From positions 1-30,674 of the IMG/VR virus record IMGVR_UViG_3300014656_000094: DNA of 30,674 bases. The stretch is one strand, 5' to 3'. Below the pieces are notes generated by a model. That model searched no databases, was not told where the DNA came from, and was given only the letters and a program-made list of their open reading frames with translations. Shown in pieces: positions 23,094-30,674 of the stretch (the first letter of the stretch is position 1; the number at the start of each line of letters is the position of its first letter). A program made the position numbers and the translations under genes. This stretch comes from a virus (lineage: Duplodnaviria; Caudoviricetes).

Positions 23094-24376
23094 AAACGCT
23101 TAAATTAAGACGAGAAGACTACTTGTCTCATCAGTGGGAATTTCTTACAAGCACTGCTATAATTACCGGCCTGATTGCCGGGATGGGAGCGGGTAAAACA
23201 TATGTATTTGTCCGCAAAATGTTTCTCAATCATTTGTTTCGGAAAAACAAAAACCGGGGGACTTCAAATGGCTGGGTAATATATCCGACTTATGACTTGG
23301 CTGAGGAATTATTTGTAGAGCCGTTAGAGGAATTATTAATCACATTTGGGATACAATATAATTATGATAAATCAAAGCATCGTTTTACAACGCCTTATGG
23401 TACACTGAAAATGTATCAACTGCAACGTCCGCAAAGAATTGTCGGTGCCGAATTGACCTATATAGGATTTGACGAGTTCGATGTTGAATCTTATAAGAAT
23501 TGTGATATGGCGTTTAAGAAGTCACTTGGCAGGATGAGAGGTTCTGACGACATCACGATAGATTTCGTCTCAACGCCAGAGGGCTTGCATTATTTATACA
23601 AAATATTTGTGGCTGACAATAAAAAAGGGGAACGACATTTAATCAAGGCAAAGACTGAAGATAATCCTTATAATCCGCCGGGATATTTTATTTTATTAAA
23701 AGAAAACTATCCGCCTAAATTATTACAAGCCTATATGAACGGCGAATTTGTGAGCCTGATGGATGGGCTTTTATATTATAATTGGGACAAGGAAATACAT
23801 ACTAACGATGTTCTTGAAAACAAAGATCAGCCTTTATTTTTAACTTGCGATTTCAATAAGGCGCCAATGGCCTGGCTGGTCGCTCAGGTCAACCCAACTA
23901 TTAAAGGGAATTCGTTACACTATGTTGCTGAAATCAATATTCAGAACAACGCTACGACTAAACAAGCTGCTGAAATGTTTGTAGAGCGGTTTGCCGACCA
24001 AAAACGCAAAGAGGTTTTCGTTACAGGGGATGCCTCCGGGAACATAACTACGACAAGAGATTATACGACTGATTATCTGATACTCGTCGAGGTTCTCAAA
24101 CAGGCTAAATGGATTGTCACCCTGGATGTTTCTTCCAGCAATCCTAATATCAATAATCGGGTAAATATTCAAACGACATTAATTCACCAGGGGCGGTTGA
24201 CGGTCAACAAATCTTGCCAGGGTTATATTTTCGACTTGGAAAATGTTACTGGGGATGGCAAAGGAGCTAAAGATAAAGACAACAAAATCTTAACTCATTT
24301 CACCGATGCCGGAGATTATTTGGCGTTTAAGTTATTTAAAAAAGAATTTTTCAATCAAAAAGTAAGGCAGGTTTAA
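23090..24376 (+). CDS. terL: Terminase large subunit
   Basis: AGMGAGKT Walker A, GFDE Walker B, STPEG, DNPYN, CDFN, HFTDAGDY. Confidence 0.92.
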   Translation: MKTLKLRREDYLSHQWEFLTSTAIITGLIAGMGAGKTYVFVRKMFLNHLFRKNKNRGTSNGWVIYPTYDLAEELFVEPLEELLITFGIQYNYDKSKHRFTTPYGTLKMYQLQRPQRIVGAELTYIGFDEFDVESYKNCDMAFKKSLGRMRGSDDITIDFVSTPEGLHYLYKIFVADNKKGERHLIKAKTEDNPYNPPGYFILLKENYPPKLLQAYMNGEFVSLMDGLLYYNWDKEIHTNDVLENKDQPLFLTCDFNKAPMAWLVAQVNPTIKGNSLHYVAEINIQNNATTKQAAEMFVERFADQKRKEVFVTGDASGNITTTRDYTTDYLILVEVLKQAKWIVTLDVSSSNPNINNRVNIQTTLIHQGRLTVNKSCQGYIFDLENVTGDGKGAKDKDNKILTHFTDAGDYLAFKLFKKEFFNQKVRQV

Positions 24377-24377
24377 T

Positions 24378-25826
24378 ATGGCTGACGGTGTAGATTTAAC
24401 TCAGAGCAATACATCCTATAATGGCACGACGAGTAGAAGTTCTCTGGCAAATATACGCGCTAATTTCCTGGACGAGGATGCTAATTTTATCCGCAAATGC
24501 CTTATTCAGGATTTGGCTAAATTCGTCGATGTGGCGGATATTGTTCACATGAAACTAATAACGTTAGATTTCTTTATACCTGCCTTTCTTGACAGGATTT
24601 GCAACGTATATGATAACGCTCCGATTCCGAGATTCGCTAATGACACTCCAGATGAGAAATTGACCAATTTATTAAATGAGGTGCGCTTCTTTTTAACGTT
24701 GCAGGATAACTTCACACGGTTGCGGATGCACGGGACGACGATTCCTTACGTACGCTATAATCAGAAACTCGACAAGTTATGGATTGATTTAAGTTTAAAT
24801 GAAAGTAATACTATTGTTTTCTCACATCCGGGGCATCCTAAAGAGGCAGTTGTAATTGCCTATCCGAGAGTGATAAGCTCGACGGTTACTCATTATTATA
24901 TTTGGAATAAGGAAACGAAAGAACATTATTATACTAAGAAGAAGCCGGAATTCGACGCGGATAAATTAGACATAAAAGCTCAGACTAAATATAAAGTCGG
25001 CGAAAATCAAGATACTAAGGGTCCCGGCTATTGGCCTTTCATCGATTATCATTATAGGCTTACAAATAATTTCTTTTGGGGCAACGGGATGGATTCAATA
25101 GTTGAGCTTGTCCGGGCTATAAATTTACTGCTAACCGTCTGCACTGATGACACTATAACCGAGAGCATTCGAATATTGCTTTTAAATTTCGACCCTAAAG
25201 GAACTACCGGCGAAAAAGGTCAATTAAAATCAGGCGTTCGACATCCGTTTTTCAAAGAGGGTGGTTTCGACTCTTCGTCAAATCCAGACGGGAAAATCTT
25301 ATCGGTAAATTTATATAACGACGATGTAATAAAGTTGATCGAAAATCTAACCGATATTGTCTCAAATACGCATTCAATAGACAATATTATCAAATCGTCA
25401 GTATCCGCTAACTTGTCTGGGATTGCGATTAAATTAAAGACTGAGCCATTATTACAACGCTGGGCGAAGGATATAAATGTTGTCCGATATTATGACAACC
25501 AGTTACTTACCACACTTGTTGAGGTTAATAATTATTATCGCAAAGAGAAGATTTCAACCGAGGTGATGAAAGGGCTTTCGCTTGATTACCAGCAGCCAAA
25601 CATGGTAGCGGATGAGAAAGGCGACTACGATTTGGAACGGCTTAAATGGGAAGATGGGACGAGTTCCCCGGTTATTTTTATGATGCAAAAAAATCCTGAA
25701 TTAAATGAGAAATCGGCTATTGACCAGATAAAGAAAAATTTAGGCGATACAAAGGATTTAATGCAGGCGATGAGTATTTCAATAATTGAGCCGGATGAAA
25801 AGGATAACATAGACCTTGGAAATTAA
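24378..25826 (+). CDS. Portal protein
   Basis: 482 aa after terL; NLSGIAIKLK motif as in SPP1-like portals. Confidence 0.8.
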   Translation: MADGVDLTQSNTSYNGTTSRSSLANIRANFLDEDANFIRKCLIQDLAKFVDVADIVHMKLITLDFFIPAFLDRICNVYDNAPIPRFANDTPDEKLTNLLNEVRFFLTLQDNFTRLRMHGTTIPYVRYNQKLDKLWIDLSLNESNTIVFSHPGHPKEAVVIAYPRVISSTVTHYYIWNKETKEHYYTKKKPEFDADKLDIKAQTKYKVGENQDTKGPGYWPFIDYHYRLTNNFFWGNGMDSIVELVRAINLLLTVCTDDTITESIRILLLNFDPKGTTGEKGQLKSGVRHPFFKEGGFDSSSNPDGKILSVNLYNDDVIKLIENLTDIVSNTHSIDNIIKSSVSANLSGIAIKLKTEPLLQRWAKDINVVRYYDNQLLTTLVEVNNYYRKEKISTEVMKGLSLDYQQPNMVADEKGDYDLERLKWEDGTSSPVIFMMQKNPELNEKSAIDQIKKNLGDTKDLMQAMSISIIEPDEKDNIDLGN

Positions 25827-26016
25827 TGCGCTTATAAAGCTGCAAGTTATTCTGATAGCAAAGCATCAGATTGAATGGCAAAAGATAGTTAAGATTGCCG
25901 TTGCTAAATACGGGGCTACTGATAAGGCTCAGGGTTATATAAATAAGCAGCTCAAACAGTTTGCAACAAGTATGGTTGACAGCGGCTTTAAGTTGGGATT
26001 AAAATGGCTGGATTAA
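25816..26016 (+). CDS. Hypothetical protein
   Basis: Short ORF overlapping both neighbours. Confidence 0.5.
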   Translation: MEINALIKLQVILIAKHQIEWQKIVKIAVAKYGATDKAQGYINKQLKQFATSMVDSGFKLGLKWLD

Positions 26017-26453
26017 GATATGACTTCACTGCATTTTTCGCAAAAGAGGTCAAGACATTCATTCGTAAATACAAATCGTTAATAACACAGAAGCGCGGTA
26101 TTGATGAGGACGATGCGCCAAGAAATGAGCCGTCTACTGCTAAACGAAAAGGATTTAACCATTGGTTAGTGCATACCGGAGAATTAAGACGGAGCGGTTT
26201 TGAGTCTAAGGCAGGCAGAATGGAAGCTTCTATATTTGCCAGCAAGAAAACACATACGAGTAAATATAAGAATCCGCCGACTTTCGAGGATTTATTCGCT
26301 TGGCATACTAAAAAAAAAAAAAAAAAAAAATATTCAGGTATTTTTGGGATCCCGGTAGCCAGTTTATTTGAGGCGCGTATGCAAAAGGAATATATGAAAC
26401 AGACGCAAGCTGATCTTGCAAGTTGGATAAGGAAACAGAATGCCAGGCTTTAA
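26004..26453 (+). CDS. Virion morphogenesis protein (Mu gpG-like)
   Basis: PRNEPSTAKRK...LVHTGELRRS motif; contains an A21 tract. Confidence 0.55.
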   Translation: MAGLRYDFTAFFAKEVKTFIRKYKSLITQKRGIDEDDAPRNEPSTAKRKGFNHWLVHTGELRRSGFESKAGRMEASIFASKKTHTSKYKNPPTFEDLFAWHTKKKKKKKYSGIFGIPVASLFEARMQKEYMKQTQADLASWIRKQNARL

Positions 26454-26916
26454 AGTAACCGGAGACAAGGTTAAAACTCAGATAGCTTTAATAATTGAGG
26501 AAATGCAGCTTGAGACTGATTACCTTTTGCAAAGTATTCAGCTTGATATTAAGAAACGTATATTCGCAGGAGCTACGGCTAAAGAGGCAAAGCAAATCGT
26601 TTTAAATGAATTTTTAGCAGGTGAAGGCCCGGCAAAGGCTTGGTTAAATAAGCAAAACCGCAAGTTGGCGGAGATGGGAAAGGATTTAGTTGCAAAACCT
26701 TCAAATTTACATGCAGAAAAAAATCCTAACTCTGATTTCGCTTGGGTGCTCGGCAGCGTTAAAACGTCGCATTGTTCTGATTGTTTATCTTTGGCAGGTA
26801 AAGAACCCAGAACGATTAGTGAGTGGCGCGATCTGGGCTATGGTTTACCGAGAGAGGGCAGGACTGAGTGTAATGTGGGCTGTCAATGTTTGTTTAAGGA
26901 AGTGGATAAAAAATAA
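26440..26916 (+). CDS. Head morphogenesis / minor capsid protein (MuF-like C-terminus)
   Basis: W...HCSDCLSLAG...CNVGCQC Cys pattern. Confidence 0.6.
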   Translation: MPGFKVTGDKVKTQIALIIEEMQLETDYLLQSIQLDIKKRIFAGATAKEAKQIVLNEFLAGEGPAKAWLNKQNRKLAEMGKDLVAKPSNLHAEKNPNSDFAWVLGSVKTSHCSDCLSLAGKEPRTISEWRDLGYGLPREGRTECNVGCQCLFKEVDKK

Positions 26917-26979
26917 ATTTTAAAAATGTGTGTTTATGCGTTTATATTTAAAAAACGTAAAATTTAACTGGAGACCCAG

Positions 26980-27564
26980 ATGGAAATTAATGAGTTAGTT
27001 GAGCAGGTGCTCGCAGAAGTAGATGGTGAGACAGCCGAAAAAATTAATGGGACACTTGGTAAAATCAAAACCGCCGTTCTGTCATTAATTGATGACGCTA
27101 AGAATGCGTCGAGCGAATCTAAAGGCCGCAAGTTAGAGATTCGTCAGCTTAAAAAAGATTTGGAAGACACCAGTCTTGAGCGTGACGAATTAAAAACCGC
27201 CGCCGCCGCTGATAATTCAAAAGAAGAGCTTGATAGTTTAAGGGATTTTAAAACTAAGTCAATGGCTTCCAGAAAAGCAGGTTTTTTAAAATCTTTTGAA
27301 ATTATTAAAGCTCATTCTAATTTTGAGAAGGCTAAAGGATTGTTTGACGTACCTGAGAAGATTGAAGAAATGACAGATGCTCAGCTTGAAAAAAACATCG
27401 TCGAATTGGATAAGCTGAATAATTTAGCTTATTTCGGTGACATTAAAAAAGTTGATACCGACGATAAGCCGGTCGATGGTAAAAACCAAAGTCTCCTGGA
27501 CAAAATTAGCGCCGCTAAAACAATGGCTGAAATCGAAGCCATACAAGCGGAAGAGAATTTATAG
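26980..27564 (+). CDS. Capsid scaffolding protein
   Basis: Acidic coiled-coil protein directly upstream of the major capsid gene. Confidence 0.7.
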   Translation: MEINELVEQVLAEVDGETAEKINGTLGKIKTAVLSLIDDAKNASSESKGRKLEIRQLKKDLEDTSLERDELKTAAAADNSKEELDSLRDFKTKSMASRKAGFLKSFEIIKAHSNFEKAKGLFDVPEKIEEMTDAQLEKNIVELDKLNNLAYFGDIKKVDTDDKPVDGKNQSLLDKISAAKTMAEIEAIQAEENL

Positions 27565-27579
27565 TAAAGGAGTTTAATC

Positions 27580-28488
27580 ATGGCAATAAGTACAGCCGCA
27601 GCATTTGATGACAGCGTGATTGCTTTAATGGGACAGGCCTTTTTAGTGGCATCCGCTGACCGGATTGTAGTTGACCAGTTCGTTGACCACGTAGAAAACA
27701 TCGGAGCAAAGAGCATTGATATTACCAAATACGCAAAATTATCAAAAGCCACAACACCCTTAACCGATGGAACCGATGTTACACCGAGTTCAATGAGTGA
27801 CACTAAAGTGACTCTGACTCCGCTGGAATATGGTGACGTTGTAACTAATACTCGTCTGGCTTCATTGCAGACAGGCGGGAAAGCCGATCTGGGAGCCGCT
27901 AAAGTAGTCGCAACTCAGATGGTTGAGACGATGAACGCTTTGGGTTGCATTGCAGGTGAAGCCGGAACAAACATCCGCCTTGCTAACAGTGCCGCAAGTG
28001 AAGCTGCTATTGTAGCCGCTGACATTCCGACCGATGCTGATCTGGAATATGTTCATAATCGCCTTTACCGATCTAATATTCAGCGTTTCGATGGTGACGC
28101 TTATATTGCAGTCTGTCATCCGGACGTTGCCTCTGAAATCAAACGGATAGACGGCTTCGAAGCTGTATTGAAATATGCCTCGCCTGATATGTTGTTAAAA
28201 AATGAAATCGGGATGTATAAGGGGTTTCGTTGGATTTCGACAGCGGGGATGTCAATAAATGCAGATGCAGGAGCTGATGTCTGTGATACTTATCATACTT
28301 TGTTTCTAGGAAGGAATGCTATCGGGAAAGCGACTTCGCTCGCACCTCATTTGGTATACGCGCCTGCTGGAGATAAGTTGAATAGGCTTATCAATGTCGG
28401 CTGGTATGCGGTCACTAAGTATTTAATCGTTGACCAGGATGCGTTGTGGGTTCTTACTTCCGCATCTGGTTTTGGTGATAACGTCTAA
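27580..28488 (+). CDS. Major capsid protein (N4-gp56-like family)
   Basis: TPLTDG...VTLTPLEYG, YIAVCHPDV, EIGMYKGFRW, DKLNR...VGWY; AAAGGAG RBS. Confidence 0.88.
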   Translation: MAISTAAAFDDSVIALMGQAFLVASADRIVVDQFVDHVENIGAKSIDITKYAKLSKATTPLTDGTDVTPSSMSDTKVTLTPLEYGDVVTNTRLASLQTGGKADLGAAKVVATQMVETMNALGCIAGEAGTNIRLANSAASEAAIVAADIPTDADLEYVHNRLYRSNIQRFDGDAYIAVCHPDVASEIKRIDGFEAVLKYASPDMLLKNEIGMYKGFRWISTAGMSINADAGADVCDTYHTLFLGRNAIGKATSLAPHLVYAPAGDKLNRLINVGWYAVTKYLIVDQDALWVLTSASGFGDNV

Positions 28489-28513
28489 AAGTTCTTCCTC
28501 CGCCAGGGAAACG

Positions 28514-28556
28514 AAAGCGGTCGGGTTTTTATCCGGGTTGCCTGGCCGCTTTTTAT
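28514..28556 (+). terminator. Putative intrinsic terminator after the capsid gene
   Basis: AAAGCGGTCGGG...CCTGGCCGCTTT stem followed by a T run. Confidence 0.5.
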
Positions 28557-28575
28557 TAAATAAAAGAGGTAAAAA

Positions 28576-28773
28576 ATGCGAAAAGTTAAAAAGGCTATGG
28601 AAAAAGACTCAAAAGAACTAATAACAGCAATAGCCAAAAAGCCTTGGAAATGTGAAATAATTGGCAAAAGGTTTGCGCTAAAAGAAGGTCAGCTTGTTGA
28701 GCTAACAGCTTTTGAGTTCCAAGTATTGGCCGGGGCTGACGTGGTTAGCATATTTAAAAAGGTGCATGTTTAA
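28576..28773 (+). CDS. Small hypothetical head-associated protein
   Basis: GAGGT RBS; TAATG coupling to the next gene. Confidence 0.6.
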   Translation: MRKVKKAMEKDSKELITAIAKKPWKCEIIGKRFALKEGQLVELTAFEFQVLAGADVVSIFKKVHV

Positions 28774-29180
28774 TGGCCGTATTAGATAACATAACAGTCG
28801 TAGACGCTGACTTGATTAGCGTTCGGGCGGATATTACACAATATTTTCTTCACAGTACGGACGACGATTTTACTGAAGAAATTGCCGGGGCGAAGCGTAA
28901 AGTATATCGTGAAATCCGAGCCATTGAACGAGTCAAGAATCCAGCCCTTACAGAAGAAGATTTGGCTACGCTATTGGACACAATTAATGATAGTCCGCAA
29001 GATAAGCCGATATTGGAGAAGATTGTTTATATTACCATTTCGGATATTTTAATCGCGAATAATATGACTGAATTGGCTGAGGTGTATTTCAAGCAAGCAA
29101 ATGAGGTTGCGCTCAGTTACCTTATAGATACGGTTCAAGAGGATGCTATACAATATAAGCCGATTGTGATAGGCCGATGA
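28773..29180 (+). CDS. Putative head-tail adaptor
   Basis: Helical 135 aa in the canonical post-capsid position. Confidence 0.5.
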   Translation: MAVLDNITVVDADLISVRADITQYFLHSTDDDFTEEIAGAKRKVYREIRAIERVKNPALTEEDLATLLDTINDSPQDKPILEKIVYITISDILIANNMTELAEVYFKQANEVALSYLIDTVQEDAIQYKPIVIGR

Positions 29181-29575
29181 CATTTAAAACGCTGCACACT
29201 AACATAAAAGCAATTATTATCGCCGGTGGGTTTAAGTACATCCCGGCTGACAAATGGTTCAACATTGAACTCGGCCAATTTCCTCAGGCTCTTGTCAATA
29301 ATAGTTTTACTTTAAAATTCACAGGGTTATCCGGCGGGGCGAAAATTCATACAATGTCAATACTTGATATTCAACCTGAATTCGTGTTAAATGCTAAAAA
29401 CGATATTTATTTGGATGTCTTTGACAAGGCCATGACAGCCGTTAAAAATTTAAAAGATGTCACGATTCCAAATTATGGCAAAATAATAGTTCCGCCGTTG
29501 GCACAATTTTCAACGGTGTATTTTTCGGACTATGTAATATTGACTTTTAACGATGTAAAAATAGAGGTGAAATAA
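29177..29575 (+). CDS. Putative tail completion/terminator protein
   Basis: Size, position and alpha/beta pattern; ATGA coupling. Confidence 0.45.
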   Translation: MTFKTLHTNIKAIIIAGGFKYIPADKWFNIELGQFPQALVNNSFTLKFTGLSGGAKIHTMSILDIQPEFVLNAKNDIYLDVFDKAMTAVKNLKDVTIPNYGKIIVPPLAQFSTVYFSDYVILTFNDVKIEVK

Positions 29576-30084
29576 TGAAAAAGTACTTTATCATTTTGAT
29601 GCTGGCTTCGGTTGGGTTAAGTCAGTCGTATTTGACTTATACAACGAATACGATTTTTTTCAGAAATTACAGTGCAGTAAATATGACTGTTCCGCTTGAC
29701 AGCGTGAAATTGGATAGCGCAGCGGGGCAAATTATGTATGTTCATACAATCGCAAGCAGGGCTGACACATTGCAAAGTATAGGTTTTAAGAATGAAGGTG
29801 TCCAAGCCCGGCAAACGGTTATGTGCGGCGTTGACTCAGTAGACGGAGCAGATACTCACGTCTTAATTTACTATGGCCTTTATCGAGGCATTGAATTAGG
29901 CTGGTTATGGACTTTGGTTGATTCGCTCCAAACGGACGGGGATTATAGTGAAATAAATATTGCCGATACTGATATAGTTTCTTTTTCGACCCTAAGAGTT
30001 ATCGACGTATGGGGCATCAAATTAGTTGAAGTCGGTGCCCAGTCCAATAAATTATGGACTCGTATTATTGGTTATAAAGATTAA
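29575..30084 (+). CDS. Beta-rich protein with predicted Sec signal peptide
   Basis: MKKYFIILMLASVGLS/Q; GAGGTG RBS. Confidence 0.7.
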   Translation: MKKYFIILMLASVGLSQSYLTYTTNTIFFRNYSAVNMTVPLDSVKLDSAAGQIMYVHTIASRADTLQSIGFKNEGVQARQTVMCGVDSVDGADTHVLIYYGLYRGIELGWLWTLVDSLQTDGDYSEINIADTDIVSFSTLRVIDVWGIKLVEVGAQSNKLWTRIIGYKD

Positions 30085-30098
30085 TTTGGAGGCATAAA

Positions 30099-30674
30099 AT
30101 GCGATTAATTATTATTATATTATTATTTTTAGTGGGTTCAATTCAAGCGCAAGAAGGCCTCTATGGCAGCCCAAAAATCCACTTCGGGAATGTAGAAGAT
30201 AGCGTATACCTGAAATCCAAGTACACGGTAATAAGCCTGCCGAAAGCGTACTTCAGCGACGAGATATCCTTGACCACAATGATAAGCGAGGGAGCGAAGT
30301 ATTATGACGCAGACGGCGACAGCGTGATAATTGATCCGTCAAAATTAAAGGTAATTGACTACAAGTTAGACGGTGTAAGGAAGTTTACGGTGGATAGCAC
30401 AGGGAAAGGTTATTTTGCAGGCAACGTCGGTATTGGGACGACTGGACCTGGAACATTACTTCATATCTATGGCAATAATGCAAACCCTCTAATTTTAGAA
30501 AGGTCTACTGGTACGGCAGCAAATATGCAGTTCAAAAATACAGAAGGGGTTGTCTATATAGGATTAAGTGGCACGGAAAAATTTGCTATTGGTCCAAATC
30601 TTGATTTAGATTCTTCCCCGTATTTGTCTATAACTCCAACCAACGGCAACGTCGGCATCGGGACAGCAGCGCCA
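30099..30674 (+). CDS. Tail-fibre-like protein with signal peptide, 3'-truncated; not in ORF track
   Basis: GGAGG RBS; MRLIIIILLFLVGSIQA/Q; two GNVGIGT repeats; open to the window end. Confidence 0.75.
   Translation, partial: MRLIIIILLFLVGSIQAQEGLYGSPKIHFGNVEDSVYLKSKYTVISLPKAYFSDEISLTTMISEGAKYYDADGDSVIIDPSKLKVIDYKLDGVRKFTVDSTGKGYFAGNVGIGTTGPGTLLHIYGNNANPLILERSTGTAANMQFKNTEGVVYIGLSGTEKFAIGPNLDLDSSPYLSITPTNGNVGIGTAAP

Noticed and set aside
1-30674. Integron integrase, other tyrosine/serine recombinase, or reverse transcriptase (DGR/retron)
   Set aside because: No ORF shows RHRY-type or YxDD-type catalytic motifs in a plausible context; one could lie outside the window.

Overview
Large part of a tailed (siphovirus-like) phage genome that looks circularly permuted: tail module at 704-6894, a leftward early/accessory operon at 6854-20363, a replication module at 20481-22490, and packaging/head genes at 22755-30674. 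No integrase, DNA polymerase or recognisable endolysin is in the window. The main discovery is a 7.2-kb array (8200-15407) of about 20 integron-type gene cassettes embedded in the early operon. Each cassette is bounded by an attC-like site (RYYYAAC...GTTRRRY with L''/L' boxes and extrahelical bases). The first 8-12 bp of almost every cassette are complementary to that cassette's own R'' box, the scar expected from circular-cassette insertion at G^TT. Unlike canonical integrons, there is no intI, every ORF is inverted relative to its attC, stop codons sit in or next to the R' box, and 8 genes have their RBS and start codon inside the attC loop. All calls come from reading motifs by eye; no database search or folding computation was run.
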